64,000 bases of DNA from Pseudomonadota bacterium (GTDB lineage Bacteria > Pseudomonadota > Gammaproteobacteria > JAKAQQ01): positions 32,001 through 96,000 of the forward strand of contig DAHVLZ010000038.1 in the NCBI GenBank assembly GCA_027320085.1, given 5' to 3'. A program made the position numbers and the translations under genes. Of the stretch, positions 42,355 through 51,393 are shown one piece after another; position 1 is the first letter of the stretch; each line of letters starts with the position of its first letter. The notes beneath the pieces were generated by a model, which saw only the letters and a list, made by a program, of their open reading frames with translations, ran no database searches and was not told the origin of the DNA.

Positions 42355-43303
42355 CAGAAAACCGCTCCAGTTAGCTCTTGGCCCGGTCCTTTATCACTGG
42401 CCGCGTGAGGTTTTGCTTGGGTTTTACCAGCAGGCTTTTGAGTGGCCAGTCGAGAGGGTTTATTTGGGCGAAGTGGTTTGCTCCAAGCGCCGTAGTTTGA
42501 GTCCTGGAGATTGGATCCAGCTGGGACGTGAAATGACGGCTGCAGGCAAGCAAGTCGTCATATCGACGCTAACCCTGATCGAAGCCGAATCGGAACTCGG
42601 CGCATTAAGCCGACTTTGCAGTGAGGTGAGCGAGCAACAAGGCATGCAAATCGAGGCCAACGATTTGGCTGCCGTCAATATTTTGGCACGGGGCCGCCTT
42701 CCCTTTGCGGGAGGGGCTGCCTTGAACGTCTATAACGAACAGACCCTGCGTCTCTTGGTGGATCAGGGCATGCAACATTGGGTGCTTCCCCTTGAGTTGG
42801 CGCAGGAAACAGCCCGGAGCCTGATCGCTTCACAAGAGGGTCGGTGTAGCAGCGAGATCTTTGCCTGGGGGCGTCTCCCCTTGGCCTGGTCGGCCCGATG
42901 CTATACCGCTCGTGCGGAGAACCGTCCCAAGGATCGGTGTGCCCATCTCTGCCTGAAGGATGCAGATGGACGTCTCCTGAAAACGCAGGATGGACAGGAT
43001 TTTCTGACCTTGAATGGAACCCAGGTCCAATCCGCACAAACCACCAATCTGGCGCCATGGCTCACAGAGATCATGCAGGCCGGAATCCAGGCTCTAAGGT
43101 TAAGCCCACAAGCTTTGCACATGGAAACCATCATTCATGATTTCGATCTTTTGCGCCATGACCCGGAGAATCCCGACGTGCTGAAGGATCTTGAGACCCG
43201 GGCTCCTGCGGGAACCTGTGATGGCTACTGGCATGGTCAGCCGGGTCTATTGTCCTTGGCAAACTCACGGGGTGGCGGTCTTGGGGTCCATGCCATACCC
43301 TGA
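42338..43303 (+). CDS. ubiV: O2-independent ubiquinone hydroxylation protein UbiV (U32 family)
   Basis: LGPVLYHW, YLGEVVCSKR, SARCYTAR, DRCAHLC, NGTQVQS, GYWHG. Confidence 0.92.
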   Translation: MRKIPDRKPLQLALGPVLYHWPREVLLGFYQQAFEWPVERVYLGEVVCSKRRSLSPGDWIQLGREMTAAGKQVVISTLTLIEAESELGALSRLCSEVSEQQGMQIEANDLAAVNILARGRLPFAGGAALNVYNEQTLRLLVDQGMQHWVLPLELAQETARSLIASQEGRCSSEIFAWGRLPLAWSARCYTARAENRPKDRCAHLCLKDADGRLLKTQDGQDFLTLNGTQVQSAQTTNLAPWLTEIMQAGIQALRLSPQALHMETIIHDFDLLRHDPENPDVLKDLETRAPAGTCDGYWHGQPGLLSLANSRGGGLGVHAIP

Positions 43304-44837
43304 ACACGGCCTTTTTGCACAAGTCCTCGAAAGCCGCCGGTTGCCCATCTGGCGGGATCTCCGTTCTTTTCTCATGGATCTGGAATCGCGAGGTGATCTG
43401 GTGCATGTCCGCTCGGTGGTGGGAGAGCATCAGGAAATCACGGCCATCTGCCGCCAGGCCCTGCTCCGAAAGGGTCCCGCGCTGATTTTTGACCAAGTGA
43501 AAAATCAGGCTCAACCCGTTCTCGGCAATCTTTTTGGCACGCCCCAGCGAGTGGCGCGTGCTCTTCGTCTCGAATCGCCGGCCGGATTCCGGGAGGTTGG
43601 ACGATTACTGGCTTTTTTCCAGTCACCCCATCTGCCGCTGGATTGGCGACAGGGAATGCACGATGCCACCCGGTGGATGAATCTCACCTTCTTCAGGCCT
43701 CGAAAGGTTCGTGCGGCACCGTGTCAGGAAGTCATAGCCGAACACCAGGCGGTTGATCTTGATTCCCTTCCGATTCAGGTGTGCTGGCCTCATGATGTAG
43801 GACCCCTTTTGACATTTGGTCTCGTGGTGACACGTGGAACGCGGCATCCCAGAATGAATGTCGCCGTTTACCGGCAGCAAAAAATAGCCAAAAACAAGCT
43901 GATCATGCGCTGGCTGGCTCATCGGGGTGGGGCACAAGACTATCGTGACTGGGTTTTAGAGAATCCCAACCGCCCATTTCCCGTTGCTGTCGTGCTCGGT
44001 GCAGATCCGGCCATGCTCCTTGCCGCCGTGGCACCTATTCCGGAACCCCTTTCGGAATACCAGTTCGCTGGATTGTTCCGCGGAGCACGCACTGAACTGA
44101 CGCGGTGCCGAACTCACGACTTGTATGTGCCGGCACGGGCCGAAATGGTCTTGGAGGGGTACATCTACCCCGGCGAGACGGCGTTGGAGGGGCCCTTCTG
44201 CGATCATACGGGCTACTACAATGCAACTGCACAGTTTCCGGTTCTGACCGTCGAGCGGATTTGCTCACGTGACTCACCCCTTTACCACCATAGCTACATG
44301 GGTAGACCACCGGAAGATGAACCGTCGGTTCTGGCGGAAGCCTTCAACGAAATGTTTATTCCCGTTCTTCAAAACCAGTTCCCGGAAATTGTGGATTTTT
44401 ACCTACCCCCGGCCGCCTGTTCTTACCGTGTTGCCCTGGTCAGCATCCGCAAACAATATCCCGGACATGCCCGACGGATCATGATGGGGATCTGGTCCTG
44501 GCTCCGCCAGTTTACCTACACCAAATATGTTGTCGTTGTCGATGAAGACATTGATATCAGGGATGATCGACAGATGCTGTGGGCTATTTCCACCCGGGCG
44601 GATCCCGGTCGGGACACATTGATCATCAACAACACGCCAGTTGATTATCTCGACTTTGCGAGTCCGGTCAGCGATCTGGGAGGCAAGCTCGGGCTGGATG
44701 CAACCTGTAAATGGCCTGGAGAAACCGATCGTTCATGGGGTCGGGTAGCGCGCGTGGATCCGGAACTCGACCGCCACGCTTCCGCGATCTGCCAGTCTCT
44801 CGGCATGAAGGCTGCGCGAACCGCTAACGAAGAATAG
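43290..44837 (+). CDS. ubiD: UbiD-family 3-polyprenyl-4-hydroxybenzoate decarboxylase
   Basis: NLFGT, YRQQ, MRWLAHRGGA, EGPFCDHTGYY, DYLDFASP, DATCKW. Confidence 0.92.
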   Translation: MPYPEHGLFAQVLESRRLPIWRDLRSFLMDLESRGDLVHVRSVVGEHQEITAICRQALLRKGPALIFDQVKNQAQPVLGNLFGTPQRVARALRLESPAGFREVGRLLAFFQSPHLPLDWRQGMHDATRWMNLTFFRPRKVRAAPCQEVIAEHQAVDLDSLPIQVCWPHDVGPLLTFGLVVTRGTRHPRMNVAVYRQQKIAKNKLIMRWLAHRGGAQDYRDWVLENPNRPFPVAVVLGADPAMLLAAVAPIPEPLSEYQFAGLFRGARTELTRCRTHDLYVPARAEMVLEGYIYPGETALEGPFCDHTGYYNATAQFPVLTVERICSRDSPLYHHSYMGRPPEDEPSVLAEAFNEMFIPVLQNQFPEIVDFYLPPAACSYRVALVSIRKQYPGHARRIMMGIWSWLRQFTYTKYVVVVDEDIDIRDDRQMLWAISTRADPGRDTLIINNTPVDYLDFASPVSDLGGKLGLDATCKWPGETDRSWGRVARVDPELDRHASAICQSLGMKAARTANEE

Positions 44838-44892
44838 CCTGTGCCCAAACCGGCTCTAACCTTGCTGCGGGCCGGGTGAGGCTGGGAAAGGC

Positions 44893-47541
44893 CTAATCCG
44901 AGCCATCTCCGGCCAGCGTGCGGAGGACATACTTCAGGATTCCGCCATGGCGGTAGTACTCTTTCTCCTTTGGGGTGTCGAGGCGGATCCTGGCCTTGAA
45001 TCGACGGGTCTGGCCATGGTCTGAAATGGCTTCCACCACAGCCTCTGTGGCCTGGTCCTCCTGGAAACCGCTGATCTGATAGGTTTCGTGCCCGCTCAAG
45101 CCATGAACTTGGGCATTTTCCCCTGGGAGAAACTCCAAGGGTAAGATGCCCATCCCGACGAGATTAGACCGATGGATCCGTTCAAAACTCTCGGCCAGTA
45201 TAGCTTTGACGCCGAGCAGGGCAGGGCCCTTGGCCGCCCAGTCCCGGGAGGAACCGCTGCCATATTCCTTCCCGGCAATGATCACCAAAGGAATCTTCTT
45301 ATCGAGGTACCTCATGGCGGCATCATAAATGGGCAGGGTCTCCCCGGTTGCGAAACAGCGTGTCATCCCGCCCTCAACCCCCGGTACCAGAAGATTTTTC
45401 AGACGGATGTTGGCAAAGGTTCCGCGCATCATGACTTCATGATTTCCACGCCGTGCACCATAGGAGTTGAAATCCCGGGGCTCAATCCCCCTCTCCCGAA
45501 GATAATGTCCCGCGGGACTCGTTGGGGAGATGTTGCCTGCCGGTGAAATATGATCCGTCGTCACTGAATCTCCCAGCAGGGCCAGAACGCGTGCACCTTC
45601 CAGGGCCGGTTGAAGCGGAGGAAGCTTCTCGAGGCCGTCGAAAAAGGGCGGAGACTGGACATAGGTGGACTCCGGGCTCCATTCGTAATGCAATCCTTGA
45701 GCGATCTCCAGACGACTCCACTCGGGCGGTCCTTCGAAGATTTTGGCATAGCTTTCCTGGAACATTTGACCACGGAGGTGAAGCCGGACGAGCTCTTCGA
45801 TTTCTTCGGGATTCGGCCAGATTTCTGTGAGGTAAACCGGATGGCCTTGGGAGTCCATGCCCAAAGGATCGTTTTCCGGATCCAGGAGCAAAGAGCCTGC
45901 CAGGGCAAAAGCCACGACCAGAGGGGGTGAGGCGAGGAAATTGAAGCGGACCTCTGGATGAATCCGACCGTCGAAATTGCGGTTTCCGGACAGAATCGCG
46001 CCGACGGCCAGCTGTCTTTTCTGGATGAGTTCACTGATTTCCGGTTTGAGTGGACCCGAATTCCCGATGCAGGTGGTACATCCATAGCCCACCAGGCCGA
46101 AGCCGAGCGCTTCCAGGTCACCCAGGAGTCCGGCTTCCCGGAGGTAGCGTGTGACGACCGGCGATCCGGGTGCCAGGGAGGTTTTGACCCAGGGTTTGGT
46201 CTCCAAGCCGCGTTTCCGGGCATTTCGAGCCAAAAGTCCCGCCCCGATCATGACAGAAGGATTCGACGTGTTGGTACAGCTGGTGATGGCCGCAATGACG
46301 AGGTCACCGTCTGCCAAGCGCGGTTTCGTCTCCGGTGTGGGCGGTTTGCCTTTCCGGTAGTCCGTGACCTGTTGCTCCATTTTCGACTTGAGGTGAGACA
46401 GTTTGACCCGGTCCTGCGGCCGGCTGGGACCGGCCAGACTGGGTTCGACTGTGGCCAGATCAAGGCTCAACAAATCACTGTAACGGGGCTCAGGCCGACC
46501 CGGCTCATGCCAGAGGCCTTGTGCCTGGCAGTAGGCCTGGATCCGTGCAATCACGGTTTCTGACCTGCCGGTCTGGCGGAGGTAACGGAGCGTTTCCGCA
46601 TCGATGGGGAAAATTGCACAGGTCGAGCCAAATTCAGGGGACATGTTGCTGATGGTGGTCCGATCGGCCACCGGCAGAGAGGCCAGTCCGGGTCCGAAGA
46701 ACTCGACGAACTTGCCCACAACCCCCCTCCGTCGTAATAGCTCCGTCAATGTCAGCACCAGATCGGTGGCCGTGGCTCCCGGATTGAGCTTGCCGGTGAG
46801 ATTGACCCCGATGACTTCCGGGACCACCATGGTCATGGGCTGGCCCAGCATGGCCGCTTCTGCCTCGATGCCGCCAACCCCCCATCCGAGTACTCCAAGG
46901 CCATTGACCATGGTGGTATGTGAATCCGTTCCGACCAGGGTGTCGGGGTAAAGCCACCGCTTGTGGTCTTTGGACGTTTCAAAAATGACACGGGCCAGAT
47001 ATTCGATATTCACCTGGTGGACGATACCGGTATCCGGAGGAACAACCCGGAAATTCCGGAAGGCTTCCTGTCCCCAGCGCAGAAAAGCGTAGCGTTCTTG
47101 ATTGCGCTCGAACTCGCGTGCCCGGTTTTTCTCGAAGCTGTCGGGAGTTCCGTAAAAATCCACCTGTACGGAATGGTCGATCACCAGTTCGACCGGGGCC
47201 AACGGGTTGATCCGGCCAGGGTCTCCGCCCAGCTTGTTCATCGCGTCCCTCATGGCTGCAAGATCGACGATGGCCGGAACACCCGTGAAATCCTGGAGGA
47301 GGACTCGCGCCGGGGTGAAAGCCAGTTCATGCTTGCCTGCATTTTCAGGCGTCCAGGCCAGTATGGCCTGGGCATCCTCATCCCGGACCGTGATCCCGTC
47401 CCAGTTCCGGACCGTGTTTTCGAGGAGGATTTTCAGGGCATAGGGCAGTGAGGAAACCGGGGGGTGATGTCGTGCGATCTTGGGGAGCGAGATGAAGGAA
47501 TAGGTCTGATCGACAGCCAAAGTGTCATGGCTGTCATCCAT
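44893..47541 (-). CDS. acnA: Aconitate hydratase AcnA
   Basis: QDFTGVP, DSHT, AITSCTNTSNP, GCTTCIGNSG, GSSRDWAAKG; alternative start at 47565/47568. Confidence 0.96.
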   Translation of the reverse strand: MDDSHDTLAVDQTYSFISLPKIARHHPPVSSLPYALKILLENTVRNWDGITVRDEDAQAILAWTPENAGKHELAFTPARVLLQDFTGVPAIVDLAAMRDAMNKLGGDPGRINPLAPVELVIDHSVQVDFYGTPDSFEKNRAREFERNQERYAFLRWGQEAFRNFRVVPPDTGIVHQVNIEYLARVIFETSKDHKRWLYPDTLVGTDSHTTMVNGLGVLGWGVGGIEAEAAMLGQPMTMVVPEVIGVNLTGKLNPGATATDLVLTLTELLRRRGVVGKFVEFFGPGLASLPVADRTTISNMSPEFGSTCAIFPIDAETLRYLRQTGRSETVIARIQAYCQAQGLWHEPGRPEPRYSDLLSLDLATVEPSLAGPSRPQDRVKLSHLKSKMEQQVTDYRKGKPPTPETKPRLADGDLVIAAITSCTNTSNPSVMIGAGLLARNARKRGLETKPWVKTSLAPGSPVVTRYLREAGLLGDLEALGFGLVGYGCTTCIGNSGPLKPEISELIQKRQLAVGAILSGNRNFDGRIHPEVRFNFLASPPLVVAFALAGSLLLDPENDPLGMDSQGHPVYLTEIWPNPEEIEELVRLHLRGQMFQESYAKIFEGPPEWSRLEIAQGLHYEWSPESTYVQSPPFFDGLEKLPPLQPALEGARVLALLGDSVTTDHISPAGNISPTSPAGHYLRERGIEPRDFNSYGARRGNHEVMMRGTFANIRLKNLLVPGVEGGMTRCFATGETLPIYDAAMRYLDKKIPLVIIAGKEYGSGSSRDWAAKGPALLGVKAILAESFERIHRSNLVGMGILPLEFLPGENAQVHGLSGHETYQISGFQEDQATEAVVEAISDHGQTRRFKARIRLDTPKEKEYYRHGGILKYVLRTLAGDGSD

Positions 47542-47639
47542 GAAAACGGCCTTTCTGCGGGTCATCAAGGAGAGATCCTCGGCTAGGGCAAAGGAAGAAG
47601 ATGTCCCAAATTATACGACTGAAGGGGATCCCGGTCTCG

Positions 47640-48815
47640 TCACTCGTTCCCTTCCGGGTCGGGTTTGGATCTGGAACTCCAATCAGTCCATTCGGGGGAG
47701 GGGATGGGGTGAGTCTCTGAGCCGGTTTCCGCAATGACTCCGCCCCCTCGACACCATTCGCCCTGGTAAAAGACGAAGAACTGGCCTGGCGTCGGCGCAA
47801 AAACGGGGCTCTCAAACGAAACCGTGGCAGGTCCCTCATCTGTCCAGTCGAGTTCACAGGCGATGTCAGCCTGCTGATAGCGGGTTTTCCCGGACCCCCT
47901 GATGATTCCGGGTTGCGGAGTTTCGCCGATCCAATGAAAACCGGAAAGCGGAATCCGATTCATCCAAAGATTGGGATGGTGGGGATTTTGTGTGACTCGA
48001 AGAAGGTTGTGCGACAGGTCTTTCTCGTAGATGTACCAGGATGCTTCCCGACCTCCACGGATGCCTCCGATGCCGAGACCCCTGCGCTGGCCCAGGCTGA
48101 AATAAAAAGACCCGGGATGTGTTCCCACCGTTCGTCCGCTCTCATCCAGGATCAGTCCAGGTGTACCCGGGAGGTAGCGGGACAGCCACTCGCGGAATGG
48201 TTTTTCGCCGATAAAGCAGATTCCTGTACTGTCCCTTTTCGCATGATTGGGTAAGCCCCTCAGCCGGGCCAGCTCACGAACCTCTGACTTTGTGAGATGA
48301 CCGATGGGAAACAGGCAGTTTTCAAGCTGGCATGAGGTGAGTTGGTTCAGGAAGTAGGTTTGATCCTTTCTGTGGTCATGGCTGCGCAAGAGACGATGAG
48401 GCTGTCGGTCCCTTTCGAGGCGTGCATAGTGTCCGGTGGCCAAATGGGTGGCACCCAGCCGGTGGGCATGTTCCCAGAGCAGGCCGAATTTGATCTCCCG
48501 GTTACACCAGACGTCCGGGTTGGGGACGAGTCCGGACTCATAGGCCAGAAGAAAAGGCTGGAAAACCCGTTCCCGGTAGGCAGGTGCGAAGCAAGCCCGG
48601 TGCAGCGGGATCTCCAAGAGATCCGCCACCCGGTGGGCATCCTGGAAATCTTGCGCGGACGGACAGTCTTCCCCGGCTTCCTCTTCCCAGTTGTGCATGT
48701 AGAGGGCCTCGACGGACCAGCCAGCCTCCTTGAGTAAAAGTGCGGAAACGGCGGAATCCACCCCACCGGACAAGGCAACAAGGACCAGTTGATCGGCAGA
48801 TGTCTCGGGAAGCAT
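47640..48815 (-). CDS. mnmA: tRNA 2-thiouridylase MnmA
   Basis: SGGVDS, PNPDVWCN, ATGHYA, KDQTYFL, DSTGICFIGE. Confidence 0.96.
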   Translation of the reverse strand: MLPETSADQLVLVALSGGVDSAVSALLLKEAGWSVEALYMHNWEEEAGEDCPSAQDFQDAHRVADLLEIPLHRACFAPAYRERVFQPFLLAYESGLVPNPDVWCNREIKFGLLWEHAHRLGATHLATGHYARLERDRQPHRLLRSHDHRKDQTYFLNQLTSCQLENCLFPIGHLTKSEVRELARLRGLPNHAKRDSTGICFIGEKPFREWLSRYLPGTPGLILDESGRTVGTHPGSFYFSLGQRRGLGIGGIRGGREASWYIYEKDLSHNLLRVTQNPHHPNLWMNRIPLSGFHWIGETPQPGIIRGSGKTRYQQADIACELDWTDEGPATVSFESPVFAPTPGQFFVFYQGEWCRGGGVIAETGSETHPIPSPEWTDWSSRSKPDPEGNE

Positions 48816-48850
48816 GAGGTCATTCTATCCCGGAGGGCGTGAATGAGGCC

Positions 48851-48880
48851 AAAAAAAAGGGGCGCCTTGGGCGCCCCTTG
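48851..48880 (-). terminator. Rho-independent terminator after the protease gene
   Basis: Minus strand GGGGCGCC-CAA-GGCGCCCC followed by eight T. Confidence 0.85.
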
Positions 48881-48898
48881 AAGCTTGGAAGTGGTGTT

Positions 48899-51256
48899 TC
48901 AGTGTGCCGGATTGCGGGTTTTGTAGAACCGGATCCACAACAAGCCAAATGCCAGAATGAGCAGGGCCAATGGTCCGAAGGCCCCACCACCGCCACCACC
49001 GGATGAGGGCGAAACCGTGACCGTGATCGAGGCGGGCTTGGACGTGAGTCCAGCCAGATTCGAGCAAGTCATGGTATTCGTGTACGTGCCGGGCTGATTG
49101 AAGCTGACCGCACCCGGGAAATATCCGGTCCCGGTCTTGCCGTTCCCGAAATGCCAACTTGCATTGAGGCTGCTCATGTTCGAACCGAGTGGGGTCGAGC
49201 AATAACCGGCAAAAACCACAGCCTGTCCGACGGTCGCGGACGCGTTGGTGGGATCGGTGATGGTGGCGGTTGGCGGGATGCTGGCAATGCCGGCTTGGAG
49301 GGCATTGACCAGTCCATAGCCGTAGATGCCATTCCATCCCGATCCGGTCTGTTGGCTGGCCGTCTTTTCGAGCAGGGCCGGGATGACGTCCGGACTGACC
49401 CCGGCCGACATCAGCAGGGCCGCAACCGAGGCGGTCCCCGGGGAGGCAGCCGAAGTTCCGTAAAACCCGGTCATGGATCCTTGCATGTTCACGATGTCCT
49501 CATCAGGTGCGGTGATGTCCGGGACCTGTGAGTTGTCCACTGGCGCGATCGGGCTGCACGAGGTCTCAGCGGCATTGCAGTTCCATGACAGGGTATAGGG
49601 CCCACTGCTGCTGAAAAACTCGATCGGGAACCCGGCTACGCCCCCGAACGGCACGATGGCACCGGCTTCCAGGAGGTGGGAGGTGCTCTGGCCCGGGAAA
49701 TCCCGGTCCGCACCCGCCGATCCATCCGTGTAGTAGGTGAGCGGAAAGCTGCCCGACCCGCTGGTGCTTATGATCGAGGCAATCAGCTTGAAGTTGATCG
49801 TCGACGATGGAGATGAGGTCACATTCACGGCCTGGATCACCGGGCTCACGGTTATGGTTGTGCTGCCGGTGTTGGTATAGGCCAAATACAGCGAGGGGCA
49901 GTTCTGTGCGATACCCAGCCCGGCGCTACCGCTGTTATTGCTGGGACCGGACTCCGCAAGAGGAGTGCCCGCCGTGCTGGATCCGGTGGGTGTGACCAGC
50001 TCGAGATTGAAAGCATTGTTCGTGCTCGGGCATGTACCGGTTGTTGCACTATCCGTTGGGTTGTCATTCCAGCCGATGACCAACTCAACACCATAGCCGG
50101 GAGAAATCTGGAAGTCATTGAAGGGGTTCGAGGCTTGGCCCACGCCCTTTCCAAAATCCTCAACCGTCTGGGATGTTCCACCGATCGTGGCCGTCGTGGG
50201 CACATAGCCCGCCTGGTAGAAGCCGTCTTGAACACCAAAGCCAGCCTCGCCCGCGCTATTGCCCCAGTTTCCGGCGGCAGTGAAAAAGAGCACATTCGGA
50301 TACTGCTGCATCAAAGCCTCGTATCCAATGGCATCCGGCATCGGGAAATAAAAGGTCGGAATGATTCCCAGGTCATCCGAGACAATATTCGCTCCGAAGC
50401 CCGTGATGAGAGCTTGTGCACATCCCGGAATGTCATAACTGCTCTGGATGCCGGAACAGAAACTGAGGTTCGCATCCGGTGCGTCCTGGTAGACGATCTG
50501 CATCATCCAGCTGCCCTCGTCACCGCCCTGGTCTCCTGAAGGGGGGTAGACGAATCCGACGTTGCTCGGCAGAAAACCTTGAGAGGCATAGTAGGGGTAG
50601 AAGTACGCACCATCGGAAATCAAGCCGACGTTGACTCCCTGACCCAGGTAGCCGGCCTTGTTGAGGGCCTCGCTTTGCATGGCAAGGGCCTGGATCGGAG
50701 TCTGACCGCCGGCACCGATTGGAACCGTGCGGGGGACCAAGCGTCGGGGCAGGTTCATGGTATGCACATAGATCGGATTGCGGACGAAGGCCACTCCCGG
50801 AAGTTCAGCCAGGGCCGGGAGCGCATGCAAGGGAACCCAAGCCTGGATCATCGAGGTCCAGGAAGCGGATTGGATATGCACTGCGCCCAGGGCTTCGAGA
50901 CTCGAGGGCAGAACGCTCCCCCTCGCTTTCGGGACAATCCAGACCATCGTGTCACCACAGTGGTTGACCATGGGCACAAACGTGCCCAGCGGACGGGCAT
51001 TGAAGGAGCAGCTCGCCGTGGTCTCCGGACTTGGCTGGATGAAGTTGTGGATCGCCTGGGGTTGGGACAAGACCTTGGTATGACCCAGCTGGAAAGGGGT
51101 TTTTCCGAGGTAAAGCGCTCTCAGGACCGGACTCAGCTTGGTGAGACCCGCGGGGGTCTGGGCATAGGCCCCCTGGACGGCACCCACAAGGGACAAGCTG
51201 GCTGCGGCCAGTAAGGTGGTCAGTGATGAAAAAAGGTTCTTGGGAAGGGATTTCAT
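48899..51256 (-). CDS. Secreted S8/S53-like serine protease with PKD domain and GlyGly-CTERM anchor
   Basis: Signal peptide, propeptide, GVNVGLISD, DEG, AAGN, GTSAASP, WHFGNG PKD, GGGGGGAFGPLALLILAFGLLWIRFYK tail. Confidence 0.85.
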   Translation of the reverse strand: MKSLPKNLFSSLTTLLAAASLSLVGAVQGAYAQTPAGLTKLSPVLRALYLGKTPFQLGHTKVLSQPQAIHNFIQPSPETTASCSFNARPLGTFVPMVNHCGDTMVWIVPKARGSVLPSSLEALGAVHIQSASWTSMIQAWVPLHALPALAELPGVAFVRNPIYVHTMNLPRRLVPRTVPIGAGGQTPIQALAMQSEALNKAGYLGQGVNVGLISDGAYFYPYYASQGFLPSNVGFVYPPSGDQGGDEGSWMMQIVYQDAPDANLSFCSGIQSSYDIPGCAQALITGFGANIVSDDLGIIPTFYFPMPDAIGYEALMQQYPNVLFFTAAGNWGNSAGEAGFGVQDGFYQAGYVPTTATIGGTSQTVEDFGKGVGQASNPFNDFQISPGYGVELVIGWNDNPTDSATTGTCPSTNNAFNLELVTPTGSSTAGTPLAESGPSNNSGSAGLGIAQNCPSLYLAYTNTGSTTITVSPVIQAVNVTSSPSSTINFKLIASIISTSGSGSFPLTYYTDGSAGADRDFPGQSTSHLLEAGAIVPFGGVAGFPIEFFSSSGPYTLSWNCNAAETSCSPIAPVDNSQVPDITAPDEDIVNMQGSMTGFYGTSAASPGTASVAALLMSAGVSPDVIPALLEKTASQQTGSGWNGIYGYGLVNALQAGIASIPPTATITDPTNASATVGQAVVFAGYCSTPLGSNMSSLNASWHFGNGKTGTGYFPGAVSFNQPGTYTNTMTCSNLAGLTSKPASITVTVSPSSGGGGGGAFGPLALLILAFGLLWIRFYKTRNPAH

Positions 51257-51393
51257 GGCCGGATCTCCTATAGATTCCATAACCGGTTGAACAACCGTCA
51301 GCGGATCCTAACATGGAGGAATAGGTGCCTGCAACGGGAACGCATCAAGCTTTTATATTGGCCTTGCCGTGCTTGCTCGAAGAATGCTTCCCC

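Noticed and set aside
40267-43303. Calling the U32 proteins collagenases or proteases
   Set aside because: The Cys patterns and ubiT/ubiD context identify them as UbiU and UbiV.
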